Of a stretch of 64,000 bases of DNA, positions 50,050 to 64,000 are shown one piece after another (position 1 is the first letter of the stretch; each line of letters begins with the position of its first letter). The DNA is from Perkinsus chesapeaki ATCC PRA-425 (Eukaryota > Protista > Perkinsozoa): assembly GCA_013115145.1 (NCBI GenBank), contig JAAPAO010000039.1, positions 47,730 to 111,729 on the forward strand. The letters run 5' to 3'. The notes beneath the pieces are model-generated. The model was given only the letters and a program-made list of their open reading frames with translations. It searched no databases and was not told the DNA's origin. The position numbers were made by a program, and so were the translations under genes.

Positions 50050-53000
50050 GCTCTGATATCAGAGCGCCGCTGAGCAGTGTATTAGCAAGAGCCATCAATG
50101 ATATTGCACCGATTTTCTGGACTTGATGCGGGACTCAACCTGTGTTGATGATCAACTGATCAACAGTGAATCTCCCTATAAGGTTTACGGGAACCTTCTC
50201 GCCGGCTGAGTCAGAGGAAGGCTTGGGTATGGTCATGGAGCTCGAAGGCTTTAAGCCTTGGGGAGCTCAAAGCCGAGGATTGAAGTCTTAGGCTTTAAAT
50301 TGAAGCGCACCTAACAGAATTGGCTTCGGTTGAGCTAAGTCTATAGATCTTTAAAACCAAGTTGGCACTCGAAATTTATATCCTATTTTGGTAGCAAGTG
50401 TCGAGGATTATTCGCTAAAATAGTGTCATCATGTTTTTTGCAGCTAACTGCCCACTACTGCGCCTCAATGGTATCTCTAGTTTTCTGTATTCCTGGAGAG
50501 TTGATGCTGAACAGAACGGCGAAACAGCGACAGACGGTGTTAGTCTATAGTGAGTTCGGAAATCCCCGTACCATCACATCATAGATGAAAGGTTTTCGAT
50601 GAGGCAAGATAGACTGGTGCCACATCAGTGATGTGTCCAGATGGTACAAACAGCACTAGGAAGACTAGAAAAGTTTCCGATGAAAGCAAATGGATGGGCG
50701 ATAGATAAGAAAATCGAGTTCGTTTTACGTTTGATCTCGAATGAAAATCTCATGGGGCATATAATTTCATGAGTTCATGTGGCAATAATCGAATATTGGA
50801 CGGTTTAGGAAGCATAATAAGTGACGGAGTGATGAACGCAGTGTGTCTTGTGTTACTGGTGCGGTTTCCAGTGGCCCCGAAAGGACCACAAAACCGCTAC
50901 CTTCGATAACGGGTTTTGTACATCGTGATTGAAAGGTACACAATATAACCATTTTCATGAGCAGATAGTATGTGAAGCAGTACATTACAAATAGTAGTAT
51001 AATATAAATTATTACCATACTGCTGAACTGTGTAGTAACTGCCTGCACAGATACTGCTGCACTATCTGTTACGTTAGACGATAGTATGAATTGCGTTTGA
51101 ATGACATCTGATATAATATAGCACAAGCAGTCATTATTGTACTAACGACCCAAGCCTTCCGTGGGATGAAATGTGCCCGGGAACTTTGAAACTTCTCCGA
51201 AAGCATCGGGGAGATTGAGATTCTGCCATGTCTAAAACGTCTATTCTGCCTTGTAGGATTCTGCCTCCAGTTCAGTGATGTTTGAGTTTGAAAACCACTC
51301 TGTGCTATGGGGAAACAATTGAGCCTCGAAGATGTGGAGGAATCACGCGAGAGTTGCCAGGTGAGACGAACTGCACTGTTGCAGGTTCTTAGTAGGAACT
51401 AAGTTCCTGGAACTTGTTACTAACTTAGGTTTGCGGTCAAGCATAGATAAATTATAAACTTGTGAGAGTGACATGGTGCCACGTATGATCTTCCAATACG
51501 GTATACTTGAATGACTTGTGCTTCTCGAGTGATTTGCAAACGCTTATAACACAGACATCGGGTATCCTCAAATGAACTTTCCGGGACAACATCGTTTATT
51601 GCGTCAGAGCATCAACAAGGCTATTGGTATGATGCTATGCCCAGTCTCATCTTATACCGATGAGCCGTGGGCCGTGTCCGGCTCGACATACTCTAAGGAA
51701 AGTATCCCAGGAATTATGTACCAGGTGAATGGGTGGGCGACTCATACTAAGAGAAAGGCTCACAAATGGTCCCCAAGGCTAGCAAACTCGTTATAATGTA
51801 TAGTGTCGTTGACTGAGTCCACACCGTGGGGCACTGATTGTCCACCACTATTGGATGAACTAGGTGTGTTTTCAGGTTGTGACCCACAACTTGTGGGTAG
51901 GACCTCCTGAACACAGGAATCTATTGATCCAATTGTTGTGATTGTACGTGTGAAAGTGGTCGATGCTATTGTGATCGCGTCGTCACATAATAGACTTTCC
52001 AGGCGGTTTAAGATTAATTTCCCCAAGTGCAGAAAGCCGCATGACGAACATTCGATGAGTATTGAATTGTTATGGAATGAGTCGTGAACTTTCGAAATGT
52101 ATCAGGTAGTAGTGTTCCATCGTGTGAGCTTAATAAAGGTAAATCAGGGATAATAAGCCTACTTTAGTTAAACTTACACAATCTTCAAACCTCACCAAGT
52201 ACTACAGTAATACCTATGAGCAGTGTATGTAACACATATTTCACTCCGTGTTGCCACACTTCCCCCCATACTCTAGTCGCTGTAGATATCGAACACTATT
52301 GTGGCATAACAGGATTACCTACACGACGAGTAGTACTTGCACTGCATTATACTTGTGTTGACCACCACATCATGTATAGGAGTTCAAACTACGATTAAGG
52401 AATTCTATGCCAATAGTTCACCGAAATATAATTTTCCATGTGCATATTTGAAATATGATATTTCCGACACAAGTCAATAATAAAACGGAAAATAGTGCAC
52501 ATTACATTTCTGAAGGCAGTTGGGAATACGACTGAGTACTCTTACGTAAGCGTTTGATATATACTTCATGTCTGTCATTCAACATGGCTTCACTGTCAAC
52601 TCAAGAATTATTCCGTTCATTGAACGGAATATGTCGAACGGCGTTTAATATATTGCCGTTTTAGGATGGCCCACTGCACGTATGCCCCAGGGAAGAAAAA
52701 TTGCCAAAAATTGCATCAACATATCCGAAAACGCATGCGCAAGTGCTCCGGGTAGATTTGCAGCGGCCACGCTTGAGTTTTTACTAGTGTCATGAAAAAC
52801 TGCCCTCTTCCACTCAGATCGGGATGGTTAAAACGTCCAAGCCGTAAATCAGATCCTGGAAGTTTTTCAATCAGACATACGTCGTGGATAAGTACCTACA
52901 CGCATGCACAGGCACGCATGCCCAATGGTCGCTGATGTTTTTGTTAATAGTTTCATAGCGAACAATAGTTTAGCTGTGCTGTTGGCATCAAATAACGGCC

Positions 53001-53717
53001 GAGATCGTCAAGTATATCGTGTATGATTTTCGTCAATGCATGTAGCTTAGATCGAAAGATATTAGCATTTTTGCGCACAAATCTCCTGGAACGCGATTTT
53101 GAACAGGAGTCTGTGGGAACTTGTGTCGCGGTATCAGTTGATGAACTCCTGAGAATAACAGAACAAAGGAGCTTAAGCCAAAACACCAATACTACGACCC
53201 TGGGAGTCCCAGGCTGGGACAATAGGTATAAGCGCACTAACCTCAGGTCTGCACCAATCTATGTGTACGCACACACAATTACTCTGCGCAACTAGTCGAT
53301 ATTGGGCTCGATAGCTATGAAGGGAATGGCGAAGGTTTGAACCATCAGACAACCCTCTAGGATATAGTAACACCCTTCGGACATAACAAGTTGTTTGATA
53401 ATCAGTAGCATAGCAAGATTGTGCCCTGGAAATCGGATTAATGCCCTGTGGAAAAGGATTTACCCCACAACACTTGCCGTCAACCCGATGTGCATTTCGC
53501 GCTCGCCCCGGGGGGCCCAAACCCCTGAGCACGAAAAGGCGTTGTTGGCGGGCAATCATGCTTTTGGTAAAGCAAGGATGCGCCGGTACCCAGATAGAAT
53601 TTCTACTTCGAGTTTTTCGGGAAAACTCCCCCGTGAAAGGATGGATCGCACCTCCTACATTGTTGTCATATGTTCCCGCTGTTGCTTATGTCAGCTTCCC
53701 GTCAAGTACCGATTTCA

Positions 53718-53870
53718 ATGCGCTTCGTCTACTTCGGTATTATTATCGCGATGGTTTCAAAGTTGGAGGCTCAAGGTCTTGGAGATTGCGATCCTGACGA
53801 TCCCTCTTCTTGCCCCGTTGGATGCATGTGTGAGAAGTGGTTCGGTCGTCACATATGCGTTCACGAGTAA
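53718..53870 (+). CDS. Small secreted cysteine-rich peptide (50 aa), paralog 2
   Basis: MRFVYFGIIIAMVSKLEAQGLGD-CDPDDPSSCPVGCMCEKWFGRHICVHE; about 24/51 identities to 8484-8639 with conserved Cys spacing and homologous flanks. Confidence 0.7.
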   Translation: MRFVYFGIIIAMVSKLEAQGLGDCDPDDPSSCPVGCMCEKWFGRHICVHE

Positions 53871-53914
53871 CAGCATACGACAACATTGATCCCAGCGACG
53901 CTGTACCAGCTATC

Positions 53915-54130
53915 TGCGGACTTCTACAAGAGGCAGACTGTTCAACAGCAATCTGGTCATCTTTCCTAAGCGGACTTCTATTATATTCAGACTGTTCAAC
54001 AGCAATCTGGTCATCTTTCCTAAGCGGACTTCTATTATATTGAGACTGTTCAACAGCAATCTGGTCGTCTTTCCCTGAGCAGACTTCCATCATAGGCAGA
54101 CTATTTAACGGCTATCTGGTCGTCCTTGCG
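53915..54130 (+). repeat. 54-bp tandem repeat, ~4 degenerate units, downstream of peptide paralog 2
   Basis: Core unit AGACTGTTCAACAGCAATCTGGTCATCTTTCCTAAGCGGACTTCTATTATATT repeated. Confidence 0.9.
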
Positions 54131-55244
54131 GAGCTAATGGCAACCTGCGTGACGGCGCTTTGCTCGTCTGCACACAGCATGAAGATGCCTAGCTCGTCAC
54201 AAGTTGGCAACTCGTGGTTGTGACCCGCAGCCGAGACCATCAAGCCCCACTATCGTTTATTCACTCACTTCCGCGCGTAGTGCAGAGAGTTGCGTTCGTT
54301 ATAGGTCTTACAAGCAGTGGCGCTAACCTAGTCTTTCCTGTTCTGGCTTCGGTGACGTAGTCGGCCACGGGACATGCTAGGCTTCCTTGGTTTGATGCCA
54401 CTGCGGAGTCCGTAACAGTGACTGAACTTACGTAGTCCGCAAATGCCCGCATTGCCAAGTAGTTACTGGACCAAGGAGCGATGTTGTAAACATTTGTTAG
54501 ATTCACCGGTGCTGCCGACCCCGAGGGAGGAATGCTAAATGATGTTGATCGAAGTCCGTGTCCCTGTGGAACAATGCAAGATGAACCGCATGTACATTGC
54601 TCATTGTGCAAGACTGTTCTATGTCATCCAAAGTCCAGATATCTCAAAATAATTGTGTACTATAGACTGGGCCATAAGTCTGTCTGTGAGCTGCCCGCGG
54701 CCTTGCTCCACCAGGAGAGGCTTTTATATTTCCCTTCCAAACAAGTGAAGCTGGCAAGGTTGGTTCCTCAGGCAGCCTGGAACAGAGAAGGTTCGCCTGT
54801 CGCCATGCTATGTCTTTTACTGAGGTAGCGGCTCTAGTCCTTACTAAACATTTCTTGAGTCTCTTTGTTTGCAACAGGTGCGATAAGTGTTTCAGTACTA
54901 GAACTTAAAGCGCAAGATGAGTGATTAACAGAAACATGCTCATAAATAACAAACTCACTCCTTCGCAAAACCGGCCGGGACGTAGCTAGTGTCCATCCGT
55001 ATGCCGCGACCAGCTGAAATACAATAATAGCAGCTCAAGGTCGATACAACATAAAGAGGATGGATCAGACGAGCCAAGTACCCTACTAGGGCACGTTTGC
55101 TCTACCGACACTTACTCCTGTTTAGTGACTCTGACTCAGAGGCCTTATCTGGAACGAGCCTCGCTGAGGTTATGCGCCACGGTGCGCTGATGTCCGGTCG
55201 GATACCAGTAAGATGCACGTCGTGTTGGCTTGTTCCATCTCTAA

Positions 55245-55498
55245 GAACGCGCCACAACATGAGAAGAAGGCTAGAGGTGTCAGNNNNNNNNNNNNNNNNN
55301 NNNNNNNNNNNNNNNNNNNNNNNNNNNNNNNNNNNNNNNNNNNNNNNNNNNNNNNNNNNNNNNNNNNNNNNNNNNNNNNNNNGAACACGCTACAACATAA
55401 GAAAAAGGCTAGAGGTGTCAGAACACGCTACAACATAAGAAAAAGGCTAGAGGTGTCAGAACACGCTACAACATAAGAAAAAGGCTAGAGGTGACAGA
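55245..55498 (+). repeat. 38-bp minisatellite (GAACACGCTACAACATAAGAAAAAGGCTAGAGGTGTCA) spanning an N gap at 55284-55382
   Basis: One unit before and about three units after the assembly gap. Confidence 0.93.
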
Positions 55499-55669
55499 AA
55501 ACTCTTACCCCAACGAGATGACTCCGTCGATATAGGTAGACCGGAATGTGCCGCTACGATGTTTTATACTCACTTTCGACATATCTAAATGCTAAACTGG
55601 TGTAGCGAAAGCAACTAGAGCTCACCTGGGAAATGTGCCCTCGTCACGGGATGCGTCATGGCGAACGCC

Positions 55670-58600
55670 CTAGCGAAACCGAACGATCGCCAGAACCCTA
55701 AAACAACAGCGTAACGGGAGGGATAGATTCGTCTGACTCCGCGTCTGCATAATCCTTCTTATCGCGCCGAGGGTCATCAACGTGAACGCGGTGCCGACGA
55801 CTATCTTCACTCGTTTGTAACTGAAGGATGTATTCGGAAATCTCTGGCCCAAATAGCTCCGAGTTTCTACCAGTTTGTCATGATAACAAGGATATTTGCG
55901 AACCGATACGTTAATCAAAATGTGATTAGCTTTTGGCCCATCACGCCTCCTCCGAGGCCCCAAATTTAAGCAATACAATCTAAGATTACCGGCACAAGTG
56001 CTCCAGTTACAATTGCGAATATGCATTATACACTCCTATCGTTTTTTGTATCAAACGTAGAGCGGCAAACTTACGAATACTCATCTTTTGCTCGTCGAGT
56101 CCGACCAAGAAAAACCTCAAAGTAAGGATGGCCCATCGGATCACCCGCGACCGAACAGAGCTTCTCTCTCAAATTCGTGGGATGGACCTACAAGGCAACG
56201 ACAGTGAACACTGCGGCGATACTCCTGCGCATCCAGTATAGGAAGGAAGCGTACACAGGCCATCAGGCTCGTCCAGAACAGCACCTTCTATCTTAGTGAG
56301 AATAGTCACACTCTCCGCACAAATTCACAATTTTCATAGAAATTCTGGTCCGGGATAAATAAGCAGCAGGTTAGTGAATCAGTATAATGTGCTGCCGCCC
56401 GTTCATTTTCTTTCGATCAATCAATCTTTTTATCAAGTACCTTTTTATCAGTATATTATTAGTAAGCCAACATTTTCCCGTTTGCGTTCACAAGTCGATG
56501 TCAACAGCCCGGAGAAGTTCCGACACACGGCCATACAGAAAGGTCCTTAGCGAACTCGTCTATCCATAGCGTATCCCTCGTACAAGATTACGTTAAAATT
56601 TCTCCCGTCACCCGAGCACTCCCACTGTCCTTCTTACCAAAACAATGTCACACCCCCAGGGCTGAGGCGGCTCTGCCTCCTCTGCGGCAATGTGCTCCAG
56701 CTCCTCCTTTGTCTTTGTTATTGCATTCTTCATGTAAACGCCACATGCCTTAGTCGCTCGCACACCACGCCAAAAACCATTTATTATTGCTGAAAGGATA
56801 TATGTAGAGGGAACGATGAGATTCTAAACGGTGATATCTTGTCACTGTAATGAAATTAGCTTCGTGTGAATCGAATGCTCCTCTTGACTTAATTGAGTCC
56901 TCTTTCACCTAGCCAGCTTTCTACAATAACCGCAAGTCGTTTCGGAAAGGTTCGCGACTTCATCACATTTTATCCTGTACCATAAAAAGTCCATCCTCTC
57001 CCACTTGCGAAGTTCTACTTTTCGGTTGGAGGCGTTCCGGCGCTATACGACCAGCCCTATATGAAGATCTGTGGAACCTTATGCTCACCACTCTTCGAAC
57101 GCACCGATTTTCAGTACATATTATAATCCCATATAGCAGTATATTAGAAATTATAATAATTTATAGGATACTTAATGGCTAGGAGTTTGATATTATAATT
57201 TATAATAACAAATTACTAGTTGCCCCTACATTGTTAATGCAGCTGATGAATTTCAACAGACCATACCAGTGTACATATACATATATATTTAGATTGCAAA
57301 CGAGGACGGCCGACGCTGAACCGCAACCCGCCCACTTCTCACCAAATTTGATCTCCCAAGGGTTCTCCCAATAATAGCTAAACCCACTGCCTCTGATGTC
57401 AAACTCATCAATCATATCCTGCAGGTCGTCCTCATCTTCACTACACATAAAGGCCCAGAAAAAACACTCCACCACTCTATGGCAGGCTTACCCCTGGCTC
57501 TCCTGTTTCTTCCGTCTGAGGGGAGTACCGGCCAGATGGACGTCACATGCTCCTGAGGCAAATGGGCTGCCCAAGCTGCTAGGAGCGAGCGAAAGGCGCG
57601 AGTTTAAGGTATTCGGTAGATGTTGAATGACACGCAGCTGCGCCTCATTTCCTCCATTTTCCAGCCCTCGTGCTTCTTCCACACTGCACACCGCCGATGC
57701 ATCGTGAACATTATTTTATATCAGTATCTTATGCAGCTTCTGGTTTACCCTGGCCAAACCTATTTTTGTTGCACCACCCTGTCATTCATCAATTCGCTAA
57801 CATAGTATATTCAAAATGATGGGAGGCTGATATGAATGTATTTTATTATTTTTCGGATACTAACTAATGTACGCAACTCGATCGACCAGCTCCAATGTAC
57901 TGTGATGGGTGATGCTCCGTAGAACAAGATGAAGGTAAGCATTTCTATTGTCACTTTTATCCACTAGGAAGGTATTCATGTTCTGCTGAGTATGCCCAAC
58001 TCGGCCTCCCCCGCCTGAGCGAGCGCTTACCATAGTCGCCTTTGAGCCTCAACGTGCAGGTACCCCAGCCAATCTCATGATCGACAGTGCCGATACCTGA
58101 GGACCCATAATGAGAAGCGCACCATTCGAATACAGATAATACACTGTATATTTTGCATATATAATATATCGGTTTACGTTCTACCCGAATAGGGACAGCT
58201 AACGCCTTCTATTCACACGTCAGCTTTATGATTTTACGAGATTCATTTTGACGCCGAGGAAATGAGTACAGCGGAAAACTATTGCGACTTCCGATATCTA
58301 TCAGATTGATCTGATAGATGAATGTAAAGCTGCGGAGTATCCCCTCCATCTCACCTAGCATTCTCCATCGTTTAACTTGCGGTCCAACAACCTGCTTGAT
58401 CATAGGATGGGACTTCACTAGCTCCAGCCCTGAAGGATATAATGACGACAGCTGAAGACCCTCGTAGGCATTAACGGGGAATTATTTTTGTATTGCCAGT
58501 TGTACTGGGTGCATTCCAATAGTTGTCGAGAGAGCGCTCACCTTCGGCTAGGTAGGGATGACGTATCTCTGCTTTCCGTTTGGCATTTATCCACAGCGCT

Positions 58601-59650
58601 GCACCAGTTGATAAGCTCGCCGCCCAGGCTGAAGAGAAAAGCGTGAGCCATGGCTGACAGTATAAGACCTATCCTAGCACATGTAGCATCCGTAAGAGAT
58701 AGAGCGTCTGAAGCTCTGTCGCTTAAGACCTACGGAGTCCAACGGTATGCTCCATTGAGCGACAGAATTCTGGACACCTCGTCCTACACAGGATCACCTC
58801 GGTTTAAAAGAAAATAAATAGGCGGAAGCATTGATAAGCTCAAACTCGAACAAACCCCTCGGAAAATAATACGACCTACAGTGTTGCTTCTGTTACTCCT
58901 TCAGTACGGGGAGTTTAACCAGGTTGCCCGGCGGCCTCCACAACTCAATCTCTTCCTCTGTGAGAAAAAGCGTCCCGACTTACCACCGATGATATACTTC
59001 CTTTTTCTAGACGTCAACGTAACCGGTAAATTCATACTATCCTCACGGCAGGGCTGCGATAACCAATTATAATAAACGACGAATGCAAAAGACTGGCAAA
59101 ATTCAATTTAAAAACCAACGCAACCCAGCAGGAATTGCAGATGAGTTAATTCAGGCTCCGAGCATGGCCGCTAGTTTCCTCCAATTTTCCTCAATCGATC
59201 CCTTCAACTCGAAGTCCTCGGGCTCCCAGCTTTCTGTTACTCCTATCTGCGTACGGTGACGCGGTACCAGCCCTGAGGATGGCAAAGTCAAGATGTCTGG
59301 TGAAACTAGGACGATGATAGATTGCAACTATTCTACAGTCATCCCGCCACCAGCGGCGGCGCCGGCGGAGCCTCACACTTGACCAGTACATCATCATATT
59401 CCCGGAGCAACGTGGCCTTTGCCAGATCGAACAGACAACCGTCGATCTATAAACCTGCTATCTGCAGTCTGGGTATCCCCAATTGAAAATGTGAAAGAAT
59501 GGAGGGGATGCAGCGATGTACCAAGCGGTCGCTAGAAACTCGTCGGGGTATCTTTGGAGAGCTGCTGAGTAGCTCCTGAGCTCCGTATCCTGGCCCCATA
59601 CCTATTTCATCTTTTATTATGATCACAATACCGGTAACACATGGACTCAA
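55670..59650 (-). CDS. One or more multi-exon hypothetical genes (model unresolved)
   Basis: Exon-like segments, several ending at GT donors: VKSHPMIKQVVGPQVKRWRMLGEMEGILRSF; DEDDLQDMIDEFDIRGSGFSYYWENPWEIKFGEKW; NGFWRGVRATKACGVYMKNAITKTKEELEHIAAEEAEP; RKYPCYHDKLVETRSYLGQRF. No family recognised. Confidence 0.4.
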
Positions 59651-59850
59651 GAAGCCTTCTATGTATTGATGAATGAATGCACACCCAACCTATCCTAAGT
59701 TACTCAGTGTTGAAGTGCCATCATCCTCTATGGTGGCCTCACAGGATCCAAATACTTCTAACAGTCTTAGTTGTGAAGCCAGGCGTTCTTGCGAGATGGC
59801 CGAGTCTGGCAGCGCGGCACCAACATGTAGTTCCTGAGAGATAATAAAAC

Positions 59851-59923
59851 TTCCGATACCGGGACTCGAACCCGGGTCGCCTGGGTGAAAGCCAGGTATC
59901 CTAACCAGCTAGACTATATCGGA
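59851..59923 (-). tRNA. trnE-UUC: tRNA-Glu(TTC)
   Basis: TCCGATATAGTCTAGCTGGTTAGGATACCTGGCTTTCACCCAGGCGACCCGGGTTCGAGTCCCGGTATCGGAA; anticodon arm CCTGG-CTTTCAC-CCAGG. Confidence 0.97.
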
Positions 59924-60637
59924 ACCTGTCGTCTAATCTCTACAAAGAGCTACATCGCAAGTCCCCTATCTTACATTAAGTATTTTATCTTCTTCCATAT
60001 CTCTTCCTTTTAATCCACCTTCATTAATCCTCCTCTCAACTTCCTCCAATGCTCTTCGATATTCAGCCATCCTCCCCTCCAACTCCTCTATATCTTTATC
60101 AACTTCTAACATTAACATTCACGCTTCATCAAGTAATGGTATATAAAAGTATATCACACACAATCTTATCTATAGTACACCCAATGAGAGCTTCGGTTTC
60201 AATGCCAACACGGTTAATTTCCAAAAACCCGAAACCCAACGGAGTCTTAAAAACCCGTTTTAGTCATAGTGAATGCACATGCCTGCTGGGGAAGACTCCT
60301 TACTTTACACTCCTCTGGATTTCCCTTCCGAAAAAATAATTCACAGATTTCCTGAAGAGCTTATCAATAATGGCGATAAACAAATGAAAGTCAAAAGATC
60401 CTCCGATAGCCAACTTGAACAGATTTATCTGCGTCTTAAAGCAAGCGCTCCTCCTCCACACTGGAATGAATCTCACTCTCCTTCCTGTTTCTCCAATACT
60501 CAATAGCATCCTTCTCCTTCAAGTCTATACTCTCCCTGACAGCCGCTGTCTTCTGGGCTGCTAGGACCGCCCCAGATGCTACGTCATCAGCCATATGATA
60601 CTACTACAACTACATATACTCTATTTCACACACCAAC

Positions 60638-60820
60638 TATTATATCTCCTCCTCCTCCGTATCACTAGTAACATATTTACTATCAAACTCCTTTCTATTA
60701 TATCTCCTCCTCCGTATCACTAGTAACATATTTACTATCTATTCTTCCTTTCTACTATATCTCCCCTCCTCCGTATCACTAGTAACATATTTCCTATCAA
60801 ACTCTTTCCTATTATATCTA
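60638..60820 (+). repeat. ~56-58-bp unit variant of the 40-bp minisatellite family, ~3 units
   Basis: Core TATTATATCTCCTCCTCCGTATCACTAGTAACATATTT plus a 17-19 bp extension (ACTATCAAACTCCTTTC-like). Confidence 0.9.
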
Positions 60821-60961
60821 TAACATCTTCAACACCTGACCAGCCATATCAGTCAGCCCCTCCCCGAACACCACAGAGCATCCATGTGGAAAACTATGCG
60901 TATCTAAGCTTCGGACTAGTAAAAATAGCACCGAGCGATGCCGTATTGGAATAATAAAGCT

Positions 60962-63842
<2,881 letters not shown>

Positions 63843-63861
63843 TCAGATCGAGCTTTGTTCC

Positions 63862-64000
63862 ATATCTCCTCCTCCGTATCACTAGTAACATATTTTATAT
63901 TATATCTCCTCCTCCGTATCTCTAGTAACATATTTTATATTATATCTCCTCCTCCGTATCACTAGTAACATATTTTATATTATATCTCCTCCTCCGTATC
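63862..64000 (+). repeat. 40-bp minisatellite, at least 3.5 units, truncated by the window end
   Basis: Same unit as 25180-25378; begins ~90 bp upstream of the OPRT start codon. Confidence 0.95.

Noticed and set aside
53743-54093. Minus-strand ORF with 18-aa repeats (KDDQIAVEQSxYNRSPLR)
   Set aside because: It is explained by the 54-bp repeat and overlaps the peptide gene antisense; there is no independent coding evidence.
60273-60506. Short ORF possibly derived from an LTR-retrotransposon pol
   Set aside because: No RT, RNase H or integrase motif and no LTR were identifiable.
60638-60820. CRISPR-like appearance (conserved ~38-bp repeat with 17-19 bp intervening segments)
   Set aside because: The intervening segments are related to each other and too short, the same core forms spacer-less arrays elsewhere, no cas genes are present, and the context is eukaryotic.

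Overview
This is eukaryotic nuclear DNA from an intron-rich protist with many short GT-AG introns. The gene content (SF-assemblin, BT1 folate/biopterin transporter, FHA-RINGv-FHA protein, Mei2-like RRM, pepsin-type protease, CS-domain protein) suggests an alveolate, most likely Perkinsus; that assignment is inference, not a database result. Recognisable genes: HVA22/TB2-DP1, aspartyl protease, BT1 transporter, DnaJ protein, CS/p23-domain membrane protein, Mei2-like RRM protein, SF-assemblin, FHA/RING-CH protein, katanin p80, cytochrome P450 and orotate phosphoribosyltransferase. There are four complete tRNA genes (Ala-TGC, two identical Trp-CCA, Glu-TTC), several minisatellites (two interrupted by ~100-N assembly gaps) and MITE-like elements. 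The most notable observations are: (1) two paralogous ~50-aa secreted 4-Cys micropeptide genes 45 kb apart with homologous UTRs; (2) a strong excess of perfect palindromes with a single-base centre, often overlapping in series, including a 27-1-27 hairpin; (3) a tandem family of at least three divergent Cys-rich multi-TM orphan proteins at 1-6.6 kb; (4) a 40-bp minisatellite family that brackets the OPRT gene; (5) tRNA fragments placed at a splice donor and at a stop codon. Exon-intron boundaries were read by eye, so many CDS limits are approximate spans.
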